A stretch of DNA of 64,000 nt from the NCBI GenBank assembly GCA_050746025.1, contig JBOGLH010000002.1, forward strand, positions 4,473 to 68,472, read 5' to 3'. A program made the translations under genes and the position numbers. Source of the DNA: Terriglobales bacterium. Its GTDB lineage: Bacteria > Acidobacteriota > Terriglobia > Terriglobales > Acidobacteriaceae. This document shows positions 39,967-48,690 of this stretch, piece by piece; the first letter of the stretch is position 1, and each line of letters starts with the position of its first letter. The notes below the pieces were generated by a model that was given only the letters and a program-made list of their open reading frames with translations, was not told where the DNA came from and ran no database searches.

Positions 39967-41283
39967 CTATTGTCTCGCACTTCTGGCCGCGACGGTTGTT
40001 TGCTGTTCGGATTCGGCATTCTGCCATCCTGGCAGAGTAGTGTCACCGGTAATCAGCCTGGCGCCGCGCTCGTAAGTAAAGTATGACCAGGCCCACTGGA
40101 TCAAGACAATTATGCGGTTACGAAATCCGATCAAGAAGAATATGTGCACGAAAAGCCAGGCCAACCATGCGAAGTATCCCGAAATGCGCAATTTTCTTAT
40201 TTGAGCAACCGCGGCCGCGCGTCCGATAGTGGCAAGGTTGCCTTTATCAAAGTAATGGAAGGGTCGGCGCGGAGCGTTCCGCAAATCGTTGGCAATGGCC
40301 TTTGCGACGTAACGGCCTTCCTGCATGGCTACGGGAGCAACCCCGGGCAGCGGCTTTCCGCTTTCATCTTTCAATGTCGCAAGATCGCCAATAACAAATA
40401 TGTTGGGATTGTTGGGAATGCTCAAGTCAGAATTCACCGTTACCCGCCCAGCACGATCAGTAGAAGCTCCGAGCTTTTTGCCGAGAGAAGACGCGGCGAC
40501 GCCCGCGGCCCATAGGATCACAGCCGCCGGAATTCGTTCAGCTCCGATCCAAACTGCACCTGGGTCAATCTGCGTGACCATCGCGGGTGCGCGCACCTCG
40601 ACTCCAAGATGCTGCAACTGCCGCACGGCGCTTTCAGAAAGATCAGGAGCGTACGTCGGCAAGATCTGAGGGCCCCCTTCAAGCAGCAGGATCCGGGTGC
40701 GCTTAGGATCAATCGAGCGGAACTCGTGCTGTAAAACTTTATGCGCAATTTCTGCCAGAGTACCGGCGAGTTCCACACCAGTCGGGCCGCCGCCAACAAT
40801 AGCAAAGGTGAGCATCGCCTGCGGACCTCCTGATGCCACCTGTTTCTCCGCAAGTTCAAAAGCCAGTAACACTCGCCGTCGGATTTCCAGTGCGTCCTCA
40901 ATCGTCTTCAAACCGGGCGCAAATGGCTCCCATTCGTCGTGGCCAAAATAAGAATGCTGGGCGCCAGAAGCAACAACCAGGTAGTCAAAAGGAATTTCGA
41001 GGTCAGGGAGCTGCACAATTTTTCGAGTGAGATCGAACCCCACAACTTCGTCCATAATGACTTCTACGTTTTTACGACCGCGCAGGATCCAGCGGATGGG
41101 CGCGGCAATCTCGCCAGGCGAAATTCCGGCGGTCGCGACTTGGTACAAGAGCGGCTGAAATGTGTGGTGATTCGTGCGATCGATTAGAGTAATTCGCAGC
41201 GGCAACTTCGCCACATTGCGAGCTGCCTCAAGGCCACCGAATCCGGCGCCAATCACTACCACGCGTGGAGAATTTTCGTGCAT
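39967..41283 (-). CDS. ndh: Type II NADH dehydrogenase (NDH-2) / FAD-dependent pyridine nucleotide-disulfide oxidoreductase
   Basis: VVVIGAGFGGLEAA...HHTFQPLLYQVATAG...IVGGGPTGVELAG. Confidence 0.85.
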   Translation of the reverse strand: MHENSPRVVVIGAGFGGLEAARNVAKLPLRITLIDRTNHHTFQPLLYQVATAGISPGEIAAPIRWILRGRKNVEVIMDEVVGFDLTRKIVQLPDLEIPFDYLVVASGAQHSYFGHDEWEPFAPGLKTIEDALEIRRRVLLAFELAEKQVASGGPQAMLTFAIVGGGPTGVELAGTLAEIAHKVLQHEFRSIDPKRTRILLLEGGPQILPTYAPDLSESAVRQLQHLGVEVRAPAMVTQIDPGAVWIGAERIPAAVILWAAGVAASSLGKKLGASTDRAGRVTVNSDLSIPNNPNIFVIGDLATLKDESGKPLPGVAPVAMQEGRYVAKAIANDLRNAPRRPFHYFDKGNLATIGRAAAVAQIRKLRISGYFAWLAWLFVHIFFLIGFRNRIIVLIQWAWSYFTYERGARLITGDTTLPGWQNAESEQQTTVAARSARQ

Positions 41284-41564
41284 GCTGACTCCCCTGCTGA
41301 ATCAGCGCGTCCTGAAACGCTCTTCAGCCTTACATAGATTCCGCAGCGCCCCGTAAGTTGGAAATTATTGTTGCGCCAAATTTCCCGTCGACTTTGGCTC
41401 CCGCAGAAAGTGTTTAATCCATCTTCTTTGGTACAGAATGATTTGTAAGCTGTTACAGAGTTGACCCGATTACCAGAGGTGCTGGGCATAGCCTAATTTG
41501 TTGCGTGAGCGCGGAAAACCTGCCGCGCGCATGACCTGAAAATCTGTTCGACACGAGAGGAACT

Positions 41565-41717
41565 ATGGGATTGATTATCCTGATTATCGTGATCTTGTTG
41601 TTACTCGGAGCATTGCCCACGTGGCCATACAGCACAGGTTGGGGCTATTACCCGAGCGGCGGGTTGGGATTAATTGTGTTGATCCTAATCGTGCTTCTGT
41701 TAATAGGAAGATTGTGA
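41565..41717 (+). CDS. DUF3309-like small membrane protein (50 aa; below the track cutoff)
   Basis: GAGAGG lies upstream of the ATG. The peptide MGLIILIIVILLLLGALPTWPYSTGWGYYPSGGLGLIVLILIVLLLIGRL matches my memory of the DUF3309 pattern (two TM segments flanking PxWPYS..WGY.PSG). Confidence 0.7.
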   Translation: MGLIILIIVILLLLGALPTWPYSTGWGYYPSGGLGLIVLILIVLLLIGRL

Positions 41718-41745
41718 AGTTTTCTCGCGCCTAGTAAGATTTTGT

Positions 41746-41785
41746 CTCGTCGACCGCGGCCCCTTTTTTAGGTCGCGGCGACGAG
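41746..41785 (+). other. Strong hairpin 29 nt after the DUF3309-like stop (possible terminator or processing site)
   Basis: CTCGTCGACCGCG - 15-nt loop with a T6 run - CGCGGCGACGAG (12 bp with one bulge). The T-run is in the loop, not after the stem. Confidence 0.35.
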
Positions 41786-41958
41786 GATCGTACTCAAGAC
41801 CTTCTATCTCCCATCATTTGATGTACATACCTCTTAGATAGCGTTTACCGTTGTTTTCTCGTAAGGTCTTCAACTGAAAAGACCTACAGCGTTCACTGCA
41901 GATCGACTACAGTATTCGCTTAATTGTTTTCCACAGGCAATAAGCATAACTTGTCACA

Positions 41959-42489
41959 ATGCCCCCGTCGTCTGTCAGCAAGAGCAGGACCTCTCCGAAG
42001 GTGCTGAAATCGTCTGTCTGGCATTCTCACGCAATTAGCGTCGCGAAAAAACGGCCAGTTTGTTCCGGGCGTCCTACATTACTTTGGGTTGACGATTTTC
42101 AACCGGGGCTCGCTCTCTATCGTTCGATGTTTGAGGGCCTAGGGTTTAGGGTATTGACGGCCCAATCCGGCAAGCAAGGCGTAAAAATCGCCGCAGAAAA
42201 CCTGATCGATGTAGTCGTAACTGACTACGAGATGCCAGGAATGAATGGCGAGGCCTTGGCAATCGCAATTAAAGCCTTTAACCCGAGAGTACCTGTTGTG
42301 CTGTTCTCAGGCAGCACACTGGTGCCGCTAAGTGCGCGTCGCGTGATTGACGCATTTTGTGACAAAGCAGGATCTCGCGACCAACTCTCCACCACGATCC
42401 ATCGTGTGTTGCTGAAGAAACGCACTCGCGCGCTACAACCTCTGCCCGCCGCTCGGGCGTCTGATGAGGGACGCAGGACGGTCGCTTAA
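41959..42489 (+). CDS. Single-domain response-regulator receiver protein
   Basis: LLWVDDFQPG...VVVTDYEMPGMNGEALA...VPVVLFSG. No output domain. The N-terminal ~45 aa are uncertain. Confidence 0.75.
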   Translation: MPPSSVSKSRTSPKVLKSSVWHSHAISVAKKRPVCSGRPTLLWVDDFQPGLALYRSMFEGLGFRVLTAQSGKQGVKIAAENLIDVVVTDYEMPGMNGEALAIAIKAFNPRVPVVLFSGSTLVPLSARRVIDAFCDKAGSRDQLSTTIHRVLLKKRTRALQPLPAARASDEGRRTVA

Positions 42490-42538
42490 TCCCCGAAAAC
42501 GAACGATCGCTCGTCAATTCCAAGGCAGGAGACTAGCA

Positions 42539-43108
42539 ATGAAGAAACTATCGCTATCAGTCTGTTTGGCGTTTGCATTTTTCGTGGCCTCGGCCGCTGC
42601 GCAAATGGCGCCCGGCGGAAGCCAAGGCAGTCAGAGTTCATCCCCTAGCATGCAGCAGCCCAGTCAACAACAACCCGGTGGGATGAACCAACCTGAGAAT
42701 TCCCCTTCGAGCGCCCAAACTGACCAAGGAACGGCCAATCAAAATCACAACAACAGCATGGGTGAGAAGAAGATCAAGGGCTGTGTTCAGTCCGAGGGCG
42801 GACAGTACATGCTCGAGACTAAAAAAGGGAAGACGGTATCTCTCACCGGGCAGGATGTCTCAGCTCATGTAGGCCATGAAGTTGAAGTGAAGGGTACGTG
42901 GGAAAAGGGAATGTCGGCAACCTCCTCAGGTAGCACTGGAGCGTCTGGCAGAACGCTCAACGTCACTGAAGTGAAGATGATTTCCGACACTTGCAGCGGC
43001 AAAGGAACGAGTCACTCCGGAAGCATGGATCACTCGTCGACAGGCACCGCGAATAGCGGCAACACAACAGGCAATAGCGGCAACTCAAGCAGCCAGCCAC
43101 CGCAGTAG
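42539..43108 (+). CDS. Secreted protein with Gln/Ser/Asn/Gly-rich flanks around a small beta-rich core
   Basis: AGGAGA RBS. Signal peptide MKKLSLSVCLAFAFFVASAAAQ. Core KGCVQSEGGQYMLETKKGKTVSLTGQDVSAHVGHEVEVKGTW. Confidence 0.6.
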   Translation: MKKLSLSVCLAFAFFVASAAAQMAPGGSQGSQSSSPSMQQPSQQQPGGMNQPENSPSSAQTDQGTANQNHNNSMGEKKIKGCVQSEGGQYMLETKKGKTVSLTGQDVSAHVGHEVEVKGTWEKGMSATSSGSTGASGRTLNVTEVKMISDTCSGKGTSHSGSMDHSSTGTANSGNTTGNSGNSSSQPPQ

Positions 43109-43133
43109 TTCAAAATCTAGCCTAAGAATGTAA

Positions 43134-43166
43134 AAGGCCCCGAAAGATTCGGGGCCTTATTTTTAT
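43134..43166. terminator. Bidirectional rho-independent terminator between convergent genes
   Basis: AAGGCCCCGAA-AGA-TTCGGGGCCTT (11-bp stem), flanked by A-rich sequence on the 5' side and ATTTTTAT on the 3' side. Confidence 0.8.
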
Positions 43167-43262
43167 GCCAAAAATATCCGATTTGAACCGGTTCTCCAGT
43201 TCGGAAGCTCCGGTCCAGACCGGTCCTAATAAACTCTTACGAAGCGAAATTGTACTCGGCTC

Positions 43263-43433
43263 TTAGACTCGCCCGCGGCGGGTCAAGCCCGTAATCAAGG
43301 TGATGACAAATACCACCAGGAAAATGAAGAACAGTAGTTTCGCTATTCCGGCCGCAGCCACCGCAACACCGCCGAAACCAAAAATTGCGGCGATGATCGC
43401 AACAATCAAAAATACCAACGCCCAATACAGCAT
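43263..43433 (-). CDS. DUF1328 (UPF0391, YtjA-like) small membrane protein (56 aa; below the track cutoff)
   Basis: A strong RBS, AAGAGGAGG, precedes the ATG. The peptide is [56 protein letters not shown]. Confidence 0.8.
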   Translation of the reverse strand: MLYWALVFLIVAIIAAIFGFGGVAVAAAGIAKLLFFIFLVVFVITLITGLTRRGRV

Positions 43434-43602
43434 GCTGCCTCCTCTTAGCCTCGTCTAGATACTTGCATCGTAGAAGAGCATATCTCCACCCCGGGAAATT
43501 GACGATCAGGCCGTCGCTGTACTTCAACCCCCGATTTGCTGTAGAGAATGCGGCTGAAATACTTTGTTTTGTTCAGATTGTGCATTTAAGGGGAGTTGCT
43601 CC

Positions 43603-44424
43603 TCAGGCGGCACGTCCTTCAGCCGGAGCGGAGAACCGGTTTGAAAGCTTTGCAATCTCCGCTCGCAGAGTACGAGCATTACGGATCGCATGCCCTCCGA
43701 CGTCATTATTGAAATAGACATAGACATCGTTGAGCCGGTTCGCCCAGCTCTGAATCTTCACCGCCCATTTTTTCAGAGAATGATCGGGATAGTTCCCCGC
43801 GTAACGACCACTAGTTCCATGAAAACGAACATAAGCAAACTTTGCTGTCAGCTCATGGGCCCACTTAAGCAAATGCCAATCGTGGATGCAGAGCGCGACA
43901 TTGTGTTGCTGCAGCAAGTCATAAACCTGATGCTCGTACCAGGTGTCGTCGCGAAATTCGATGACGTAGGAATGCTCCTGGGGTAGGAGCTCGAGGAATT
44001 CCCGTAATCTGCCCAGGTCAGCTTTCCACTTAGGCGGGAGTTGGAAAAGCACGGGCCCAAGGTGAGAACCTAAGTGGATGACGCGCGAAAAGAAGAGATT
44101 GATAGGGCCCTCGGCGTCTTTCAATTTTTTAATATGTGTAAGGAAACGACTGGCTTTTACCGCGAATAGAAAGCCGGAAGGAACGGTAGACGCCCAGTCC
44201 CTAAAAGTTTTTTCTTCGGGTAGCCGGTAGAAAGAGTTATTGATTTCGACGGTATGAAACTCTCGCGCGTACCAGGCCAGCATTTTCGCCGGCGGAAAGC
44301 GCGCCGGATAGAAATCCCCGAGCCAGTGCTTGTAGTGCCACCCCGAAGTTCCGACGTGAACTGTCGCCGATCCAATGCGCACGGGCCCGCCGCTTTGAGT
44401 CGAAGACAGTTCGCTCATTTCCAC
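43603..44424 (-). CDS. DUF72 (YecE/UPF0759) family protein
   Basis: GTSGWHYKHWLGDFYP...YAREFHTVEINNSFYRLP...FAVKASRFLTH...VLFQLPP. Confidence 0.85.
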   Translation of the reverse strand: MEMSELSSTQSGGPVRIGSATVHVGTSGWHYKHWLGDFYPARFPPAKMLAWYAREFHTVEINNSFYRLPEEKTFRDWASTVPSGFLFAVKASRFLTHIKKLKDAEGPINLFFSRVIHLGSHLGPVLFQLPPKWKADLGRLREFLELLPQEHSYVIEFRDDTWYEHQVYDLLQQHNVALCIHDWHLLKWAHELTAKFAYVRFHGTSGRYAGNYPDHSLKKWAVKIQSWANRLNDVYVYFNNDVGGHAIRNARTLRAEIAKLSNRFSAPAEGRAA

Positions 44425-44427
44425 GTG

Positions 44428-44880
44428 CTATCTTCCCCTGTTTCGAGAAACGATGCGAGAGCTTCGCGTGCGCGCTGCCTTCCGAGCCGCCTGCGACCGA
44501 CTAGAGGCGGTGTGACTTCTTGACGACTTGCGGGTCTGCCGAGATAAGGCGCGATGCGATGCTCCCGATCGGCGCTCGCGCTTGAGTGCCCCCTTAGTAG
44601 CGCGAGATCGCTTCGCCGAGGGCCTGCTACGCCTCGACCTATGGGTCCGAGTCGATTTCTCGGCCGACGCCGTTCCTTTCGGCGGCGCAGGCAGCTTCAC
44701 TCCTGCCTTTCTGGCTTTAGATAACCCGATCGCAATCGCCTGCTTGGAGTTTCGCACCCCATGCTTCCCTTCACGCACGTGATGGATTTCCTCGCGAACA
44801 AATTCTCCCGCCTGCGTACTGGGCGATTTACCTTCTTTAGCGTCCTGTCTGGCGCGTTCGATAGTTTGTTGTTCGGGCAT
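44428..44880 (-). CDS. Basic conserved hypothetical protein (tentatively DUF6496-like)
   Basis: GGAGAA RBS before MPEQQTIERARQDAKEGKSPSTQAGEFVREEIHHVREGKHGVRNSKQAIAIGLSKARKAGVKL, then an Arg/Ser-rich tail. The family name is from memory and unverified. Confidence 0.55.
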   Translation of the reverse strand: MPEQQTIERARQDAKEGKSPSTQAGEFVREEIHHVREGKHGVRNSKQAIAIGLSKARKAGVKLPAPPKGTASAEKSTRTHRSRRSRPSAKRSRATKGALKRERRSGASHRALSRQTRKSSRSHTASSRSQAARKAARTRSSRIVSRNRGR

Positions 44881-45094
44881 TTTTTCTCCTCGTCGAGAAT
44901 TCTCCGCTGCTGCCAGTCTAGCCTCAGTTATCACCACGGCCAATCCGTAAGAAGCAGTAAGATGACTAAGCGTGCTCTATTCGGTAGAAGTAATCAGCAG
45001 AGTCAGATGCGAGAAATCTATGGGTTAAAGGCTTAAAGCGCACCAACCTGCCTTCATTGTGCGCCATCTAAGATTTCACTAGGTGCGGTGGAAC

Positions 45095-45145
45095 CGTCCC
45101 CGGTCGCGCGACAGTGCCCGAATCTGTCACTGTGCGCCGGGGACG
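45095..45145 (-). other. Long GC-rich hairpin downstream of the 45189..45566 gene (possible terminator without a clear U-tract)
   Basis: CGTCCCCGG(45095-45103) pairs with CCGGGGACG(45137-45145). An inner ACAGTG/CACTGT segment adds to this, giving about 18 bp in total. Confidence 0.4.
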
Positions 45146-45188
45146 GCGCTTTGGTTGCACATTTCAGCGCCGTCTTTGTTCGCGGGTG

Positions 45189-45566
45189 TTATCGGCTTCC
45201 GGTCCGTTGATATGTCGGTGGATTTGGGGTGTCCATCTCACCGAGAGCCAGGTCCACAATGGCGTTCTTCGTTGAGTGCTCAAAGATTGAAGAGAAGACC
45301 AGTACTTTCTCCTGGGTTTCGGAATCAACATTGCCATCTTCAGCGTGCTGGGACACCTGCATACCTACAGCAACCCCGGCCCAGAACACCACTTCTTCCA
45401 TGCTCATGGTCTGCCCGGGGCAGGGCGGAAGCTGACACAGCTTTTCCATTACTTCACGGACTTCATCAGGGCTGAAGTTGTCGATTTCATCGACAAAAGA
45501 CATGACTTCCAAAATACGAGAAAACCCTTGCCAGTCTTGCCGATTCGCTGTGTCCAGTTTCATCAT
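45189..45566 (-). CDS. Hypothetical acidic protein (125 aa)
   Basis: ORF only; no family was recognised. Confidence 0.4.
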   Translation of the reverse strand: MMKLDTANRQDWQGFSRILEVMSFVDEIDNFSPDEVREVMEKLCQLPPCPGQTMSMEEVVFWAGVAVGMQVSQHAEDGNVDSETQEKVLVFSSIFEHSTKNAIVDLALGEMDTPNPPTYQRTGSR

Positions 45567-45775
45567 GACGGCTTGGTTAGTGTCCGATCGACACCAGCTC
45601 CGATCTTTGAGTAGAAACGATTACCACCGTGCAAACTGCCTACCTCCGAAATGTAACGGTCGCAGTCAATCCTCGCTATCCCCTTGATCTGTTATGAGTT
45701 GGTGTAGCATCCTGTAGAAACAGAGCAGAAGGACGGCGGGAATTCCATGTAGTAGGCAGCCTCGGCTGGCCAGCC

Positions 45776-46804
45776 TCAAGCTGCAGCGGAATCCAGCCGA
45801 GCGGTACCGAACTCAAACATTCGGAGCGACTGCATTCGGTAGGTAGTTTCGGCTCTTGCTCTCCAGTGCTGCTTGTACGCTTCTTCGCCACGGAGTAGGT
45901 CGAACTTATTCGCTCCTGCAAGAATCGCCTCTTCCATAACCGCAAACATCAGATATGTGCCGGGGCTCAGGGCCGCGAAAGCTGGATTGTAGCCTTGCAG
46001 GTAGCAGAACACCGTCGCCCCGTCAAACAGTGTGTAGATTATGGCAATCGTGTTCGCTGCCATTCGCAAACGATAGAGACGCAAGATGCCCGCATCAACC
46101 AACTGTGGCGCGGCTTTGTGATGAAATGCTTTGACTTTTTCATCTGTCAAAACCCCGGACTGTCTATCCATAAGCCAACGCAGAGCGTGCAGCCGAAACA
46201 AATCGTCCAGGAATTCCGGGAGAGTCTCTTGCGTCGCGATTTCTACAGTCGCGCCTCCCGCTTTTTGGATTCGCGAGTGGGCTTGACGTACATTGCCACG
46301 CTGCCGTTTTGAGAACTGCTGTAACAATTCGTGGCGGGTCTGCGGAAGCTGTATGCTCGAGCATTGATCATGCGCAGTCGCGAGTTTTGCAAACCCGGTG
46401 CGATGGAAGACGGAATTTGCGGGCAGATCGGTTAGATCCAGCACCGTCCAGATATCCAATTCTTGGATTGCACCAAAAATCGCGCGGATTACGTCGCATT
46501 CGGATTGAGGATCAACCAGCAGATCAAGATAATCAGAAATTCCTCCGGCCATAAAGGCAAGCACGCGTTCGTCGCCGCGATGATAAATCAGGAAAGGCGC
46601 AAGACCAACAAGCATGCTTCCCGATCGCACTTCGACCACTCGGATGCGCTCAGGTGAAAATGTCTCTACCCATGAAATTACCCATTCCGGACGCTGAAAA
46701 GGAGTCGCGCCAGGATAACGCCCATACAAGCCATGCCATTCATCCGCCATGACAAGCAATTGGTCGGTGTTAGTGAGAATGCGAGTTTTGAGTTCGCGGA
46801 CCAT
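45776..46804 (-). CDS. GNAT-fold acyltransferase of the FemAB/CelD (BioF2-like) type
   Basis: 342 aa. W..L......ATPFQRPEWVISW at the N-terminus and C-terminal FDLLRGEEAYKQHW are typical of this family as I recall it. It is the last gene of the operon. Confidence 0.65.
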   Translation of the reverse strand: MVRELKTRILTNTDQLLVMADEWHGLYGRYPGATPFQRPEWVISWVETFSPERIRVVEVRSGSMLVGLAPFLIYHRGDERVLAFMAGGISDYLDLLVDPQSECDVIRAIFGAIQELDIWTVLDLTDLPANSVFHRTGFAKLATAHDQCSSIQLPQTRHELLQQFSKRQRGNVRQAHSRIQKAGGATVEIATQETLPEFLDDLFRLHALRWLMDRQSGVLTDEKVKAFHHKAAPQLVDAGILRLYRLRMAANTIAIIYTLFDGATVFCYLQGYNPAFAALSPGTYLMFAVMEEAILAGANKFDLLRGEEAYKQHWRARAETTYRMQSLRMFEFGTARLDSAAA

Positions 46805-46807
46805 GCT

Positions 46808-47863
46808 CTAAATCACTTCAAGTTGCGCGCCAGCTTCCGCTCCCATAGTTGTGAGATACAAATCCATATATTCGGCAAACATCCTCGCCGACGAAAATCT
46901 CCGCTCCGCTTCGTTCCGGCACACCTGCCGAGATATGGAATCACACTCCAGAATTGCATCCGCCATTTCCTCGTCGTCATTCACCAGAAAACCGGTTCGC
47001 CCGTGATCGAGGATGTCGCTGAGCGCTCCATTGGGAAATGCAACAACCGGAGTACCCGAAGCCAAGGCTTCCATCGCGACCAAAGAACTGGTTTCGGGCA
47101 CAAGACTGGGGACCAGCAGGCAACGCGCGCCAGCCAGCAGATCTGCCTTACGGGCACCGCCTACGAGGCCTACGAATCGAATGCGCTCATTCAACCGGGG
47201 AAGAATCAGCGAGTCGAAGTAATCTCGATGCTCGCAATAATCGAATACTGATCCCGCAATAACTAGTCTCACGCCGGCGCGTTCCGCGGCATTTATGGCG
47301 AGGTGAAGACCTTTCTCCGGGCAGATGCGGGCAATCACGAGAGCGTAGTCTGACCTACGTTTTTGAGGGCGAAAATGTGAGAGATCAACTCCGTTTGGAA
47401 TAACGGCGCTAATCCTCACGCCCGCGGGAGCAGTCCGCGCTTGCGATTCAGAAACCGCCACGAAAGTCACACATGAGCCGCGGAGCGCATCCGCCGCATA
47501 CCAACTCAGTGGCAAGTGTAAGGAGACCACGATCGGAAGCTGACAGCTCGGCAAATAATCATAGAAGTCAAGGCCATGCATGTGAACGACATCGACTGAG
47601 AATTCATTCAGCACGCGATCGATGTGATGTTTGAATATCTTCCGCGCCTCGTGTTTTGCAGCGTCGTCCAGAGTGCCTCTTGGAATTTGCGCTGGAATCA
47701 GAAGGCCGTCGCAACGAGACCCTATGGGAGCAAGCACCAGAGACCTGTGGCCGTCACGCACAAGAGCTTCGTCGAGAGTTGCGAGCACCTGTTCCGCGCC
47801 GCCAGCAGTTTTTCGCGAGATGTGGGCCAGCGAATAACTCACGCTCAGCACGGTCAACGGCAT
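46808..47863 (-). CDS. GT4-family (GT-B, retaining) glycosyltransferase
   Basis: MPLTVLSVSY...GGAEQV... and C-terminal PSLVPETSSLVAMEALASGTPVVAF (E-x7-E region). Its start overlaps the upstream stop (ATGCCGTTGA). Confidence 0.85.
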   Translation of the reverse strand: MPLTVLSVSYSLAHISRKTAGGAEQVLATLDEALVRDGHRSLVLAPIGSRCDGLLIPAQIPRGTLDDAAKHEARKIFKHHIDRVLNEFSVDVVHMHGLDFYDYLPSCQLPIVVSLHLPLSWYAADALRGSCVTFVAVSESQARTAPAGVRISAVIPNGVDLSHFRPQKRRSDYALVIARICPEKGLHLAINAAERAGVRLVIAGSVFDYCEHRDYFDSLILPRLNERIRFVGLVGGARKADLLAGARCLLVPSLVPETSSLVAMEALASGTPVVAFPNGALSDILDHGRTGFLVNDDEEMADAILECDSISRQVCRNEAERRFSSARMFAEYMDLYLTTMGAEAGAQLEVI

Positions 47864-48690
47864 GAGTGCTCCTGCAGGCCGGCTAGTGCTGAGGTCGCCA
47901 GTTCGCACCAACGCACTGCGGTCATGGGCCAGCCCATGCATTCGTACCAGAGCTTGCCCGAATGAGGTGGCTCACTGAAATTGTACTCGGGCGCGAATCG
48001 GAAGCGCTCGTGATCAATCGGGAAACTTTCGAGCACCAACCGCTGCGACGCATGGGCATCCATCATTCGCCGCTTGCGTTCGCGATCTTCATTCGATAAC
48101 TCGAAACATACTTCGAACGAGGGGTCCGAATTCAAGAATTCTCCAGTCTCGCAGCGGCCGTCTCGCGCATGGTAAGAAGTCATCTCCATTAGAAGCGGCA
48201 AAATTCCGAATGACGAGATTGCGATTCTAGCGATAACCGCCGCGGAATCGTGGTCCGGATGTCCGCCCTCATAAGCGTGGGTGATTACAATTTCAGGACG
48301 CATCTCCGCAATCAATTTCGCGAGTTCCCCTGCCAGACTCCCGATTTCAAATGCGGCTTCCTGGTCTACACCCCCCAGCCAGAAGACACTCTGCCGGCAA
48401 ACTCCGACATACGCCAATGCCTGACATGCCTCCTGTCGGCGAGTTTCAGCGTAGGCTTCGCGGGACCCACACAAACCCTTCGACCAGAATTGGGTATCTC
48501 GTGGCGCGCCGTCTGTAAGAAATGCAACGAATACTTGAGGAAAGCGGGAGAGCAGCACCGACGCGCCAATGGTCTCATCGTCCGGATGCGCGGCCAATAC
48601 AAGGATTCGTAGCGACGAGTCCGGACGCGTGGTCTGCAGTTGTCGCGAAAGCTGATTCCAATTTTGGAGTCTGTCAGCTCGCCAATTCAT
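47854..48690 (-). CDS. PIG-L/LmbE-family N-acetylglucosaminyl deacetylase
   Basis: ILVLAAHPDDETIGAS and HAYEGGHPDHD zinc-site motifs. Start is at MNWRADRL (alternatively 48738), overlapping the upstream gene by 17 nt. Confidence 0.85.
   Translation of the reverse strand: MNWRADRLQNWNQLSRQLQTTRPDSSLRILVLAAHPDDETIGASVLLSRFPQVFVAFLTDGAPRDTQFWSKGLCGSREAYAETRRQEACQALAYVGVCRQSVFWLGGVDQEAAFEIGSLAGELAKLIAEMRPEIVITHAYEGGHPDHDSAAVIARIAISSFGILPLLMEMTSYHARDGRCETGEFLNSDPSFEVCFELSNEDRERKRRMMDAHASQRLVLESFPIDHERFRFAPEYNFSEPPHSGKLWYECMGWPMTAVRWCELATSALAGLQEHSCR

Noticed and set aside
41453-41635. 60-aa minus-strand ORF
   Set aside because: It is antisense to the DUF3309-like small gene. It has no RBS and an odd composition.
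43237-43527. 96-aa minus-strand ORF
   Set aside because: It is in a different frame from the RBS-preceded 56-aa DUF1328-like ORF that explains this locus, and it has no features of its own.
47864-47941. Longest-ORF N-terminal extensions of the GT4 gene (and similarly 48691-48738 for the PIG-L gene and 50488-50544 for the first GT)
   Set aside because: The extensions are non-homologous-looking and would create 60-90-nt overlaps. Internal Met starts give the short ATG/TGA-type overlaps typical of coupled operons. Both options are kept as alternatives in the feature notes.
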